Part shown: positions 42,140-53,853 of the stretch, piece after piece | Position numbering within the stretch: position 1 is the first letter of the stretch | Layout: each line of letters opens with the position of its first letter | Assembly: GCA_047602405.1 (NCBI GenBank) | Contig: JASGHJ010000001.1 | Coordinates: 1,920,001-1,984,000, forward strand | Direction: 5' to 3' | Origin: Anaeromyxobacteraceae bacterium | GTDB lineage: Bacteria > Myxococcota > Myxococcia > Myxococcales > Anaeromyxobacteraceae | Length of the DNA: 64,000 bases | The notes under the pieces: generated by a model | The model's database searches: none | Told to the model about the DNA's origin: nothing | The model's input: only the letters and a program-made list of their open reading frames with translations | Made by a program: the position numbers and the translations under genes

Positions 42140-42946
42140 GTGGTCGACCCCGCCCAGAAGCCCGCGTCCCCCGCCCGCCGCGCCCTCGTGCCCCGGGAGC
42201 ACGGCGCGTGGGGCCAGCTCGCGATGCCGCTCCTCGGCGGGCTCCTGCTCGGCCGCCCCGCGGTCGCCTCCGCCGCGCTCGCCGCCGCGGTGGTGCTCGC
42301 GTTCCTCGCGCACGAGCCGCTCCTCGTCGTGCTCGGCCAGCGGGGCAAGCGCCTCCGGGACGAGGAGGGCGCCCGCGCCCGGCGCTGGCTCGCGCTCGAG
42401 GGCGCCGCCGCGGCCGCCTGCGGCGCGCTCGGCCTCTGGCTCGCACCGCCGCTCGCGCGCGCCGTGCTCGGCGCGGCGGCCGCGCTCGGCGCGGTGGTCG
42501 CGGTCCTGGTCTCGCGCAAGCTCGAGAAGACCGCCCCCGGCGAGCTCACCGTGATCGCCGCGCTCTCCACCGCGGGCGGCGCGGTCGCGCTCGCCGGCGG
42601 CGCGGCGCCCGAGGTGGCGCTCGCCGCGACGCTCGCCTGGATCCTCTCGTTCGGGGCGGCGACCTTCGGCGTCCGCGCCGTGCTCGCCCGGCTCCGGTCG
42701 AAGGGCGCCGAGGACCCCGGCACGCGCCAGGCGGCGCTCGCGGCCGGCTGTGGCGCCGTCGCGTTCGGCCTCGCGGTGGCGGGCCTCCCGCCCGCGCTCG
42801 CCTGGGCGACCCTGCCCGGGGTGGTGGCGGGCGTCGCGATCGCGCTCGCCCGGCGGGCCACCGGCAAGGCGCTGAAGCCGGTGGGCTGGAGCATCGTCGC
42901 CGTCTCGGTGCTCACGCTGGGCGTGCTCGTGGTCGGGCTGCGGTAG
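42140..42946 (+). CDS. YwiC-like membrane protein
   Basis: VPREHGAW N-terminal signature; multiple TMs; K.VGW C-terminus. Confidence 0.85.
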   Translation: MVDPAQKPASPARRALVPREHGAWGQLAMPLLGGLLLGRPAVASAALAAAVVLAFLAHEPLLVVLGQRGKRLRDEEGARARRWLALEGAAAAACGALGLWLAPPLARAVLGAAAALGAVVAVLVSRKLEKTAPGELTVIAALSTAGGAVALAGGAAPEVALAATLAWILSFGAATFGVRAVLARLRSKGAEDPGTRQAALAAGCGAVAFGLAVAGLPPALAWATLPGVVAGVAIALARRATGKALKPVGWSIVAVSVLTLGVLVVGLR

Positions 42947-42958
42947 ACTCCGCCCGCC

Positions 42959-43918
<960 letters not shown>

Positions 43919-43993
43919 CGCCCCGGGCGGGCCTTGCGCGGCAGGGCGCGGCCCCGGAATGACCTCCCCGGGCCACCGGGGAGGGCCCGAGCG

Positions 43994-44410
43994 ATGACCG
44001 AGACCCACGCCTGGAACGCGCAGCTCGAACTCGGCCACGAGGCGATGGACCACGAGCACCACCTGCAGATCGCGCTGGTGTCCGCGTTCATCGAGGCCGT
44101 CGAGCAGGCCCGACCCGCGCTCGCGCGCCAGCTCGTCGACCAGCTCGAGCGCTACAGCGTGGTGCACTTCGGCTCGGAGGAGCTGCTCATGGACGCGACC
44201 GGCTACGCCGGCCGGGTCCGGCACGCGGGCGAGCACGCCGAGTTCCTCACCCAGATCCGCGGCCTCGCGGGCGACCTCGACGCGGGCGCGACCGACCCCG
44301 CCATCGCGAGCGCCATCGACCTGCGCGCCGCGCTCGCCGCGCACATGAACGAGGCGGACCGCCGCCTCGCCGGCCACGTCACGCCGCGGACGGTCGTCCG
44401 CGGGAGCTGA
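43994..44410 (+). CDS. bacteriohemerythrin (paralog of 36591)
   Basis: DHEH, HFGSEE, HAGEH, HMNEAD ligand set. Confidence 0.88.
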   Translation: MTETHAWNAQLELGHEAMDHEHHLQIALVSAFIEAVEQARPALARQLVDQLERYSVVHFGSEELLMDATGYAGRVRHAGEHAEFLTQIRGLAGDLDAGATDPAIASAIDLRAALAAHMNEADRRLAGHVTPRTVVRGS

Positions 44411-45503
44411 CCCGCCGCGCGAGCGCGGCCACCGCCGCCGGCGCGAACGCAGCCGAGACCGCGAGCGGCGCCAGCGCCAGCACGAGGTACTGCGGCCACT
44501 TCGTCTTCCACCAGAGCAGGAACGCGAACGACACGAGCGCCTGGATCGCCCACACCGGGCGCCGGCGCAGCGCCACCGGCAGGCCGACCACGGCGAGCGG
44601 GAGGAGCGCCACCGTGACCTTCCCGAGCGGGAAGACGCCCGCGTGCCAGCGGGTGGGCGCGGCCTCGAACAGCCAGACCACCTGCTGGTACCAGGGCAGG
44701 CCCGCGCGCTTCACGTGCTCGCTCTCGCCGTAGGCGAAGTGGTAGCTCGCCGACGCCCAGAGGCGGCCCGCCGGGTCGGGCCAGAGGTACGGATCGAGCG
44801 CCACGAACGCGGCGAGCGACACCGCGCCGAGCCCGGCCCACAGGAGCGGCCGGCGCGGGAACGCGACGAGCGCGAGCGGGGAGAGCGCGAGCACGCCGAC
44901 CGCGCCGAAGGGGTACTTGCCCGCGGCGGCCGCGCCGAGGAGCGCGAACGCGGCGAGCGCGAGCCTCGCGTCCGGGTCCTCGCGCCGCGCGGCGCCGCCC
45001 CGGCGCGTCGCGCGTTCGAAGAGGAGCAGCGCGAGCACGAAGAGCAGGCCGGGCAGGCCCTCGAGGTAGGCCTGGGCGGTGTACTTCGCGTGGTAGCAGT
45101 CGAGCGCGAGGAGGAGCCCGGCGAGCGGGTGCACCGCCGCGGCGACCGCCACCTGGCCGACGCCCGGCACCGCCGAGGCCCAGCGGGCCGCCGTGAAGGC
45201 CGGGCGCGCCGCCTCGGGCGTGGGGCGGCCGATGTCGATCCGCGCCCAGTCCGGCTCGGGCGCGGCCGCCGCCTTCACCGCGAGCCCGTACGTGAGCTTC
45301 ACGAGCGGCGGGTGCTCGGCGTTCTTCGTGACGTCCGGGATCTCGCCCCAGCGCCCGGGCGCCATCCGCTCGGCGTAGCGGTAGCCGGACGGGATGTAGT
45401 CCATCTCGTCGAAGTCCGGCGGGAGGCGCTCCACCGCGCGGCCCCGCTGCCAGGCCGCGACGGCGACGGCCAGGAGGCCGGCGGCGAGGTGTGCGCGCCT
45501 CAG
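44379..45503 (-). CDS. GT-C/PMT-like membrane glycosyltransferase (start uncertain)
   Basis: DFDE..Y and EHPPLVK motifs, many TMs, KWPQY; the frame extends upstream of the GTG at 45434 through a TM helix. Confidence 0.7.
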   Translation of the reverse strand: MRRAHLAAGLLAVAVAAWQRGRAVERLPPDFDEMDYIPSGYRYAERMAPGRWGEIPDVTKNAEHPPLVKLTYGLAVKAAAAPEPDWARIDIGRPTPEAARPAFTAARWASAVPGVGQVAVAAAVHPLAGLLLALDCYHAKYTAQAYLEGLPGLLFVLALLLFERATRRGGAARREDPDARLALAAFALLGAAAAGKYPFGAVGVLALSPLALVAFPRRPLLWAGLGAVSLAAFVALDPYLWPDPAGRLWASASYHFAYGESEHVKRAGLPWYQQVVWLFEAAPTRWHAGVFPLGKVTVALLPLAVVGLPVALRRRPVWAIQALVSFAFLLWWKTKWPQYLVLALAPLAVSAAFAPAAVAALARRVSSRGRPSAA

Positions 45504-45880
45504 GGGGGCGTCACCGGCACGCCGGCGGTCTGCTCGCCGCCCTCGGGCCCGTAGAAGAACACCCAGGTGAAGAAGTCCTCGGTGAAGTCCTCGAACCGGT
45601 GCTCCTCGCCGGTCGCGGCGAAGAGCACGTCACCCGGCTTGAACGCCACGCGCTTCTCGCCGCAGACGTAGGAGCCGGTGCCCTTGATCACGACGTAGAT
45701 CTCGTCGCGCGTGTGCGGGCGCTGCGTGTCGCGCCCCCGGGGCGCGAAGACCTGGAGCTGCAGCGAGCCATGCCGGAACAGGATCGCGTAGCGCTTGCCG
45801 CCGGCCCGGGGGAGCTGGGCGATGGCGGCGGCGGCGGTCACCTGCCGCTCGGCGTCGAAGACATCGAAGAGTTCCGACAT
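45500..45880 (-). CDS. cupin domain protein
   Basis: QRPHTRDEIYVV and PGDVLF...EHRF motifs. Confidence 0.88.
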   Translation of the reverse strand: MSELFDVFDAERQVTAAAAIAQLPRAGGKRYAILFRHGSLQLQVFAPRGRDTQRPHTRDEIYVVIKGTGSYVCGEKRVAFKPGDVLFAATGEEHRFEDFTEDFFTWVFFYGPEGGEQTAGVPVTPP

Positions 45881-45995
45881 GGTGCGAACGTCCTCCGGCG
45901 CGGAGTGTAGCGAAGGTTCCCGCGGGCCGGGAGAAAGAGAAGACCCGCGTCGCTCGCGCGGCGCGGGTCCGTGAGCCTCGAGGCGCGGGCCGGCT

Positions 45996-46508
45996 CTAGA
46001 AGGCCGACCACTCCACCTCGACGTCGATCAGGACCTCGACGGTGATGTGGGTCTTCGCGCCCCCCGGCGTCGGCGTGGCGGTGTACGCGACCGTGAGGGC
46101 GCCGTCGCCCTTGAGGGCGTTCTTCAGGATCGTGGCGGTCTGGTCGAGGTTCTGGGCGGCGTGCACGCTGCCCACGGCGACGGTCGCGGTGCCCGCGGCG
46201 AAGGTCACGTTGCCGCTCGCGCCGGTGAGCTTCGCGTCGCCGGCGACGCTCGTCGCGGTGTTGTCGCCGTGAACCTGGCGGATGACCGCGGTCGCGCTGG
46301 TGATGGTCGCGTCCTTGATCTTGTTCCTGTACTTCCACGCGTCGCCGGCGATGTCCTTCAGGTTCACCGCCACCGAGTTGGTCGCGGCGCCGGTGCCGTT
46401 GACCTCGATCTGCTCGGAGATGGTGAAGCTCTGGGTGCCGCTGCAGCCGGCGACGAACGAGAGGGCGAGGGCGCCGAGCGCGGCGCGTGCAATGGCGGTG
46501 AGCTTCAT
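45996..46508 (-). CDS. lipoprotein of unknown function
   Basis: VAGC lipobox; AGGAG RBS. Confidence 0.8.
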   Translation of the reverse strand: MKLTAIARAALGALALSFVAGCSGTQSFTISEQIEVNGTGAATNSVAVNLKDIAGDAWKYRNKIKDATITSATAVIRQVHGDNTATSVAGDAKLTGASGNVTFAAGTATVAVGSVHAAQNLDQTATILKNALKGDGALTVAYTATPTPGGAKTHITVEVLIDVEVEWSAF

Positions 46509-46649
46509 CTGGATCTCCTGTGAGGCGGAGCAGGGGAACGAACGCTTCATCTTCCCGGAAGCGAGGGCGAGATGCACACCCGGCGATCGGGGGACACCAC
46601 CCCGGGCCCGGTTCCCGCGGGCCACCCCGGGCGGGGCGGTGGGTGAGCC

Positions 46650-47601
46650 TCACCGCGTGTGGGCCGCGGAATCCATCCAGACTTCGAGGCCCTGCGCGTT
46701 CAGCTCGAGGTCGTTCCCGTACAGGGCCAGCGCCTCTTCCCTCCCCAGGGGGCTGCCCTGGGCCGCGAGCCCCGCGAGGAGGAGGTGCCCGAGGCCCTCC
46801 ACGATGGCGTCGTGGCGGCCGGGGCCCGACGGCGCGGCGCGCGCGACGGCCACGTGCCCGTCGAGCAGCCGGTGCAGGGCCGCGCCCGCGGCGGCGAGGT
46901 CGCCCGTCACCGCGCCGAAGTGCGTGAGGTAGAGCCGCTCCGGGCGCTGCCCGAGGATCCGATTCGAAGGTCGCGTGCAGCGCCGGCGGGTCGAGCTGCA
47001 CGGGCGTCGTCGTGGGGAAGAAGCACGGCCCGCGCGGTCCGTCCGCCTGCCGGTAGGAGAGGCCGAAGGAGTCGCCGGTGAAGACGCCGCGGGAGCGGTC
47101 GTCGACCACGACGAAGTGGTGGCGCGCGTGCCCGGGTGCGTCGAGGAAGGTGAGCGTGCGGCCGCCGAGGTCCACCGAGGCCCCGTCCGCGGGCTCGAGC
47201 ACGCGCTCCCTCGGCACCGGCACGAGCTCCCCGTAGAGCGCGCGGTACTTCTCCTCGCCGTACACGGCGATGCTGCCCGCGACGAGCTTCGCCGGGTCGA
47301 CGAGGTGGCGCGCGCCCTTCGGGTGCGCGACGAGCGTCGCGCCCGGCAGGGCCTGGACGAGCGCGCCCGCGCCGCCGGCGTGGTCGAGGTGGACGTGGGT
47401 GACGACGACGTGGCTCACCGCCTCGCGCGCGACGCCGAGCGCGTCGAGGGTGGCGAGGATGCGAGGGACCGAGGAGGTGACGCCCGTCTCGACGATCGCC
47501 GTCGAGCGGTCGCCGCGGACCACGTAGGCCGCGGCGACCCGCGGCCCCGTGTAGTGGGTGTCGACGAGGAAGACGCCCGGGCCGGCCTCGAGGAGGTCCA
47601 T
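46650..47601 (-). CDS. MBL-fold metallo-hydrolase, +1 frameshift near 46963
   Basis: THVHLDHAGG, PGHARHH and FTGD motifs; LYLTHFG continues in the shifted frame. Confidence 0.88.
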
Positions 47602-47620
47602 GCCCGGGAGTCTATGTCGC

Positions 47621-49036
47621 CTAGGGCTTGAGCGCCTTGAGGACGGAGGGGTCCTTCTCCTCCTGCGCGAGCACGGCGTGGCAGAGGTCGCAGTCCTGCT
47701 TGATGACCTTGCCGTCCTCCGCCTTGTGCTCGTCGTCATGGCAGCGGAAGCAGCCCGGGGTCTCCTCGTGGCCGATCTTCGAGGCGTAGGTGCCCCAGCC
47801 GATCTTCATGTTCGGCCAGATGTTCCAGCCGTAGATGTCGCCCACCGCCTCGGCCGTGGCGTCCACCGCCTTCGCGCGGCCGTCGAACGTGGCCGGGTCG
47901 AGCGTGCGGTAGAAGCCGACGAGCGCCTCGCGGATCTTCACCTTCGCGTCCTCGCGGGAGACGTAGTCGGCCTTGAGCGCCTTCACCGCCTCGCGGCGGA
48001 CGAACGGCAGGCTCCGGTCGATGCGGCCGGACTGGATCGCGAGATCGATCTCGACGCCCGGCTGGCGGAAGCGGTGCGACGCGCGGTTGTGGCAGTCGAC
48101 GCAGTCCATCGTGCGCCACGCCGCCTCGCCCGGGTCGGCGGCCGGCGAGTCCTTGGTCTTGAAGACGCGGCGCTGGCCGTCCGGGAAGATCGACTCGACG
48201 GTGGTGATGTTCTTGCGCTCCGGGTCGGAGAGGTAGCGGACCTGCACGCCGGGGGCGACGTGGGCGTGGATGCCGCTCGGGCGGCCCACCGCCGCGTCGG
48301 CGCCGCCGACGTGCATGAGGAGGACGGTCTTCTGCTCGCTGTTCTGCTCGTCCTCCGCGAAGACCGTCTTCACGAGGAGCCGGTCGCCGGCGAACTTCGC
48401 GGGCCAGTGGCAGGCCTCGCAGGTCTCGCGGGCGGGGCGCAGCGCGTGGACCGGGGTGGGGATGGGCTTCGAGTACAGATTGAAGGTGACCGACACGAGC
48501 TGCCACGCGCCGGAGAGCTTCGACTTCACGAACCACGAGGCGCCCGGGCCGATGTGACACTCGACGCACGCGACGCGCGCGTGCGGGGAGCGCTGGTAGG
48601 CGGTGTACTCGGGGTCCATCACCTTGTGGCAGGTCTTGCCGCAGAAGCCCGGGCTCTCCATCACGTGGAAGCCCTGGTAGCCGGCGAAGGCGACGATCAC
48701 GACGTTGACCGCGGTGATCGCGACGAAGGCGACGACCTTCTTGCGCGTCGAGCCCTCGTTGAGGTCGATGACCGGCAGCTCCGGCGCGGCGACGCCGAGC
48801 TCGGCCGCGCGCCGCGCGGCGCGGCGGGAGAGCCAGGAGCCGACGGGGATGAGGAGCAGCCCGCCGACGAAGAACATCGGCAGCACCAGGTACGCGATGA
48901 TGCCGATGTAGGGGCTTCCCGCGAAGCCGAAGAGCCCGGCGAGCGCGAGCCCGACGATCAGGACGCCGGAGACGATCGCCATCGACGCGCCCAGCAGCCC
49001 GAGCAGGTTCCGGGGAGCCCGTCCGTCCGTCGCCAT
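47621..49036 (-). CDS. NapC/NirT-family membrane-anchored multiheme cytochrome c (6 heme motifs)
   Basis: Three N-terminal TMs; CGKTCH, CVECH, CEACH, CVDCH, CFRCH, CDLCH. Confidence 0.9.
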   Translation of the reverse strand: MATDGRAPRNLLGLLGASMAIVSGVLIVGLALAGLFGFAGSPYIGIIAYLVLPMFFVGGLLLIPVGSWLSRRAARRAAELGVAAPELPVIDLNEGSTRKKVVAFVAITAVNVVIVAFAGYQGFHVMESPGFCGKTCHKVMDPEYTAYQRSPHARVACVECHIGPGASWFVKSKLSGAWQLVSVTFNLYSKPIPTPVHALRPARETCEACHWPAKFAGDRLLVKTVFAEDEQNSEQKTVLLMHVGGADAAVGRPSGIHAHVAPGVQVRYLSDPERKNITTVESIFPDGQRRVFKTKDSPAADPGEAAWRTMDCVDCHNRASHRFRQPGVEIDLAIQSGRIDRSLPFVRREAVKALKADYVSREDAKVKIREALVGFYRTLDPATFDGRAKAVDATAEAVGDIYGWNIWPNMKIGWGTYASKIGHEETPGCFRCHDDEHKAEDGKVIKQDCDLCHAVLAQEEKDPSVLKALKP

Positions 49037-49242
49037 CTTGTCTTCCTCCAGTGGCCGCCGGGTGCGGCCGCGGGCCTCGCGAGGGGAGGCACCGAGAAAC
49101 GCGCGCATCAGACAGCATCGCTCCGAGGACGGCAAGAGCGCTGCGCGCCTCCGCGCACCCGCGCCGCATCAAATCGCGCTTGGATCGCGCAAGGATTGCG
49201 CCGCAGCGCGGCGCAGCGGGTCGGCGCGCAAAGCCCGCGCGG

Positions 49243-50742
49243 CTACCGCCACGCCTCCCAGTCGATGTTCCGCATGTCACCGTCGGTGAGGAACTTCCGG
49301 TGCATGGCGAAGGCGAGGCTGAGCGACTGCGGCTCGTGCCCCTCCTTCACGAGGCGCAGGTACTGGCGGAGCTGGTCGCGGTAGGCGGGGTGGGCGCAGT
49401 GGTCGATGACGAGCTGCGCACGCTCGTGCGGGTCGCGGCCGCGCAGGTCGGCCACGCCCTGCTCGGTCACGACGATCTGCACCGAGTGCTCGCTGTGGTC
49501 CATGTGCGAGCAGAGCGGGACGATGGTCGAGATCTTCCCGGCCTTCGCGGTGGAGGGGCAGGAGAAGATCGAGAGGTACGCGTTGCGGGTGAAGTCGCCC
49601 GAGCCGCCGATGCCGTTCATCATCTGGCGGCCCACCACGTGGGTGGAGTTCACGTTGCCGCCGAGGTCGACCTCGATGGCGGTGTTCATCGAGACGATGC
49701 CGAGCCGGCGCACGACCTCGGGGTGGTTCGTGATCTCCTGCGGCCGCATCAGGATGCGGTCGTGGAAGACCTCGGGGTGGTCGTTGACGCGCGCGAGCGC
49801 GGCATCGGAGAGGGTGAGCGCGCAGGTCGACGCGAACGTGCAGCGGCCGGACTCGAGCAGCGGCACCACCGAGTCCTGCAGCACCTCGGTGTACATCTCG
49901 AACGGAGGCACGTCCGGGTGGGCGCCGAGCGCGGCGAGCACCGAGTTCGCGATGTCGCCGACGCCGGACTGCAGCGGGAGGAAGGTGGGCGGGATGCGCC
50001 CGGCCCGCATCTCGCCGACCAGGAACTCGGCGACGTGCTCGCCGATCTTCGTGGTCTCCGGCGTGGACGGCGAGAACCCGGCCGTCTCGTCGGGCATGCG
50101 GGTGAGCACCACGCCGGCGATCTTCTTCGGGTCGACGAGCAGGATCGGCGAGCCGATGCGGTCGGACGGCGCGAAGATCGGGATCTCCTGGCGCGCGGGC
50201 GGGTCCTTCGGCTCGAAGATGTCGTGCATGCCGAGCAGGCTGGCCGGCTGCGCCGAGTTGAGCTCGATGAGGATCTTGTCGGCCTTGCTCGCGAAGGTCG
50301 GGGTGGCGCCGACCGACGTGGTGAGCACGAGCCCGCCGCCGTGGGTGACGTCGCAGACCTCGATCACCGCCCAGTGCACCGGGCCGAGGAAGCCGTAGCG
50401 GACGTTCTGCGGGAACGCCGACAGGTGCATGTCGACGAACCGGACCTTGCCCGAGTTGATCTGCGAGCGGAGCAGCGGGTCGGACTGGTACGGGGTGCGG
50501 AAGCGCACGGCCTCCGCCGCGGCGAGCGCGCCGTCGAGCGAGGTGCCCGTCGAGGCCCCGGTCAGCACGCCGATCTGGAAGGGGCGTCCCGAGCGGTGCT
50601 CCTCGCGGGCACGATCGGCGATGGCCTTCGGGATCGCCTTCGCGGAGCCCGCGGCGGTGAACCCGCTGAAGCCGATGGTCTGGCCGTGCTGCACCAGCGT
50701 GGCGGCCTCGTCGGCCGAGAGGATCGGGTACGGGAACGGCAT
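49243..50742 (-). CDS. acetyl-CoA hydrolase / succinyl-CoA:acetate CoA-transferase family
   Basis: FSGFT, TGAST, LQSGVG, YTEVLQD and MMNGIGGSGDF motifs. Confidence 0.93.
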   Translation of the reverse strand: MPFPYPILSADEAATLVQHGQTIGFSGFTAAGSAKAIPKAIADRAREEHRSGRPFQIGVLTGASTGTSLDGALAAAEAVRFRTPYQSDPLLRSQINSGKVRFVDMHLSAFPQNVRYGFLGPVHWAVIEVCDVTHGGGLVLTTSVGATPTFASKADKILIELNSAQPASLLGMHDIFEPKDPPARQEIPIFAPSDRIGSPILLVDPKKIAGVVLTRMPDETAGFSPSTPETTKIGEHVAEFLVGEMRAGRIPPTFLPLQSGVGDIANSVLAALGAHPDVPPFEMYTEVLQDSVVPLLESGRCTFASTCALTLSDAALARVNDHPEVFHDRILMRPQEITNHPEVVRRLGIVSMNTAIEVDLGGNVNSTHVVGRQMMNGIGGSGDFTRNAYLSIFSCPSTAKAGKISTIVPLCSHMDHSEHSVQIVVTEQGVADLRGRDPHERAQLVIDHCAHPAYRDQLRQYLRLVKEGHEPQSLSLAFAMHRKFLTDGDMRNIDWEAWR

Positions 50743-51199
50743 CGCGCCTCCTCGGGGTCGGACGCCCGCCTGGAAAATGCGGCAGCGGGCCCGCCCGCGC
50801 GGAACGTTTACCACCGCTTCGGCCGGGTCGCGACGACGCGTGAATGAACGTCCTTGCAGGTGGCGCGGCGTACGCGCTCGGCGGGTCGAATGCTCCGCGG
50901 GCGCACGCGGGGTCCGGACGACGTGGGACGGATGACGGACGGACGGCACGCCCGCGGCCATCCGCGTGCACCGCCGGGGAGGGTCGGACCTCCGCCCACG
51001 TGAACGCCGGCGCAGGGCGGCCGGGAGAAGGGGGGAGGCACGAGCGGGGGACACGCGGGCGGCTTGACGGTGTGTGAACCGGTTCGCGGCGCGCTCGACG
51101 GGGCCTCGCGAAGGTGGGAACCGCGGTGCCGGTTTGTCCTCCGCCCGAAGCCTCCTGTCAGGACGGCCACTTGGGGTGGTTGCGGGCGAGCGGCCGGTA

Positions 51200-51220
51200 T
51201 GATATCAATGTGCTATTGAT
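51200..51220. promoter_or_regulatory. AT-rich palindromic operator candidate
   Basis: TGATATCA overlapping ATCAAT-N5-ATTGAT just upstream of the SPFH RBS. Confidence 0.5.
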
Positions 51221-51239
51221 TCGATAGGAGGGACGCACC

Positions 51240-52142
51240 GTGATGACCGAGACTCCCCGCAGGTCCCAGACCACGATCCAGGAGAAGGTCCGCCGTCCGA
51301 CCTCGGGCTGGTCGGCGTTCGGGATCCTCGTGCCGGCCGTGCTCGTGACGTTCGCCGCGCTCATCGGCGCCGCCGCGCAGGGCGCGCCCGCACTCGTGGT
51401 GCTGCTCGTGCTGTGCCTCGGCTTCGAGGCGTTCATGTTCGCCGGGCTGTTCGTCGTGAACCCGAACCAGGCGAAGGTGCTCCAGCTGTTCGGCGAGTAC
51501 GTCGGCTCGGTCCGCCAGGCCGGCTTCCACTGGGCGAACCCGCTCTTCATGAAGCGCGGCGTGTCGCTCCGGGTGGTCTCGTTCGAGAGCGGCAAGCTCA
51601 AGGTGAACGACCTCGACGGCAACCCGGTCGAGATCGCCGCCATCATCGTGTGGAAGGTGGTCGACACCGCGCAGGCCGTGTTCCAGGTCGACGAGTACCG
51701 CGAGTACGTGAAGGTCCAGAGCGAGGCCGCGCTCCGCAACCTCGCCTCGCGCTACACCTACGACGCGCACGACGACAGCCACGTCTCGCTGCGCGGCCAC
51801 ACCGTCACCGTCGCGCAGGAGCTCCAGCGCGAGATCGACGAGCGCGTCCGGCTCGCCGGCGTGGACGTCATCGAGGCCCGCATCAGCCACCTCGCGTACG
51901 CCCCGGAGATCGCGCAGGCGATGCTGCAGCGCCAGCAGGCCGGCGCCATCATCGCCGCCCGCCAGAAGATCGTGGAGGGCGCGGTGGGCATGGTCGAGAT
52001 GGCCCTCGAGCGCCTCGCCCGAAACCAGGTCGTGCAGCTCGACGAGGAGCGCAAGGCCGCGATGGTCTCCAACCTGCTCGTGGTCCTGTGCGGCGAGCGC
52101 TCGCCGACGCCGGTCGTGAACGCGGGGACGCTGTACACGTAG
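51240..52142 (+). CDS. SPFH (band 7) domain membrane protein
   Basis: Two TMs; [27 protein letters not shown] and VVNAGTLY motifs. Confidence 0.92.
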   Translation: MMTETPRRSQTTIQEKVRRPTSGWSAFGILVPAVLVTFAALIGAAAQGAPALVVLLVLCLGFEAFMFAGLFVVNPNQAKVLQLFGEYVGSVRQAGFHWANPLFMKRGVSLRVVSFESGKLKVNDLDGNPVEIAAIIVWKVVDTAQAVFQVDEYREYVKVQSEAALRNLASRYTYDAHDDSHVSLRGHTVTVAQELQREIDERVRLAGVDVIEARISHLAYAPEIAQAMLQRQQAGAIIAARQKIVEGAVGMVEMALERLARNQVVQLDEERKAAMVSNLLVVLCGERSPTPVVNAGTLYT

Positions 52143-52148
52143 GCGACC

Positions 52149-52307
52149 ATGGCGGAGCGCAAGGCCTTCCTGCTCCGGGTCGACCCCCGCCTCCTCGAGG
52201 CGCTCCAGCGGTGGGCGAACGACGATCTGCGATCGCTGAACGGGCAGATCGAGTTCCTGCTGAGAAGGGCGCTGAGAGAGGCGGGGAGAGAGGAGAAGAA
52301 GGATTAG
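52149..52307 (+). CDS. Arc-like ribbon-helix-helix protein (52 aa, missing from the ORF track)
   Basis: [52 protein letters not shown]. Confidence 0.85.
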   Translation: MAERKAFLLRVDPRLLEALQRWANDDLRSLNGQIEFLLRRALREAGREEKKD

Positions 52308-52487
52308 GATCAGGATCGGGATCAGTAGCAGGATCAGGATCAGGAGCAGGAGCAGGAGCGGGAGCAGGATCAGCAGAAGCAAGAGGAGCAGCAGGAGCAG
52401 CAGGAGCAAGAGGAGCAGGGGCAGCAGGGGCAGCAGGAGCGGGCATCAGCGTCGGCGTCAGCAGCGGCGTGAGCAGCAGCGTCAGCG
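52301..52487. repeat. degenerate hexamer array (GGATCA/GGAGCA/GTCAGC), left arm
   Basis: Directly visible tandem hexamers. Confidence 0.9.
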
Positions 52488-52811
52488 TCAGCGCGTCATC
52501 GTCCAGAGCATCGCGCAGAGCTCGTCGCAGAGGCCGAGGGCTGCCTGCACCGAGTCGTGCTCGACGTGGCCCCAGGCGACGGCGACGCGCAGCGCGGTCC
52601 GGGCCTCTTCGGCGCTGCCGCTCGCGACCTTCCAGTGCTGGAGGCGGTCCTTGCCGGTCCGCTTCCGTCCTTCGCCCAGGTTGAGGGCGATGGACGTCGC
52701 TGCTCGGCGCAGCTGGTCGGCAAGGTCCGGGTCCCGGGAGGTCAACGAGGCAGCGTGCGGCCGAAGGGTCTCGATGAGCTGGACCGCCCTGTCGAGCGCG
52801 ACGAAGGTCAT
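52488..52811 (-). CDS. four-helix-bundle protein (23S rRNA IVP / Avd-like family)
   Basis: LADQLRRAATSIALNLGEG...ASGSAEE signature; 107 aa. Confidence 0.9.
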   Translation of the reverse strand: MTFVALDRAVQLIETLRPHAASLTSRDPDLADQLRRAATSIALNLGEGRKRTGKDRLQHWKVASGSAEEARTALRVAVAWGHVEHDSVQAALGLCDELCAMLWTMTR

Positions 52812-52917
52812 GCCGCGTCTCGATTGCAGCCGCCGCGCCATGGCCAATCGCTTGATTTCCCGGATCTCGCCGGGCTGCCCCGGTCCGCGCATCGGCCGCA
52901 GGGTCCGCGTTTCGGCC

Positions 52918-53203
<286 letters not shown>

Positions 53204-53220
53204 CCCCCCGCCCCGTCCCT

Positions 53221-53802
53221 CTACGGCTGCAGCATCCTGACTCTCCACCCCCCGCCTTCCCGCTCGAACCTCTCCCGGAAGTGCAGCCTCCCCGCTCCTT
53301 CCTTCCACATCTCCACGGCCTCCGGCACGATCAGGTACCCTCCCCACCGCGGCGGCCGTGGCACCTCGACGCCCTGGAACCGCTTCTCCGCCCCGGCGAG
53401 CTGCGCCTCGAGCTCCGCCCGCGAGCCGATCTCCTCGCTCTGCCGCGACGCCCAGGCCCCGAGCTGGCTCGCCCGCGGCCGCGTCGCGAAGTACGCGTCC
53501 GACTCCGCGTCGGAGAGCTCCGCGACCGCTCCCTCCGCCCGCGCCTGCTCCGCGAGCGCCGGCCAGTGCAGCACGATCGCCGCCCACGGGTTCGCCGCGA
53601 GCTCCCGCGCCTTCCGCGAGTCGCGGTTCGTGAACACCGAGATCCCCCGCGGCTCGATGGCCTTCACGAGCACCATCCGCACCGACGGCCGCCCGCGGGC
53701 GTCGGCGGTCGCGAGGGCGGCCGCGGTCGGGTCCAGCGGGGACGCGGCGCGGGCACGTGAGAGGGCGTCGTTCAGGCGGGCGATCGGGTCGTGGGCGGTC
53801 AC
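53221..53802 (-). CDS. pdxH: pyridoxamine 5'-phosphate oxidase
   Basis: LATAD..G.PS.RMVL.K, TN.DSRK, YFATRPR.SQLGAWASRQS, RP..WGG and RLH motifs. Confidence 0.95.
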   Translation of the reverse strand: MTAHDPIARLNDALSRARAASPLDPTAAALATADARGRPSVRMVLVKAIEPRGISVFTNRDSRKARELAANPWAAIVLHWPALAEQARAEGAVAELSDAESDAYFATRPRASQLGAWASRQSEEIGSRAELEAQLAGAEKRFQGVEVPRPPRWGGYLIVPEAVEMWKEGAGRLHFRERFEREGGGWRVRMLQP

Positions 53803-53853
53803 GACCGGTCATCTAGACGATGCGACGCCCCCGCGCACGTTATGCTTCGGGGC

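Noticed and set aside
49243..50742. CoA-transferase as formyl-CoA donor for the hyp crotonase
   Set aside because: It lies about 27 kb away and looks like an ordinary acetate/succinate CoA-transferase; the sequence shows no link.
51072..51089. Rex-like box GTGTGAA-CCGG-TTCGCGG upstream of the CoA-transferase
   Set aside because: The right half is degenerate and there is a single instance; insufficient support.
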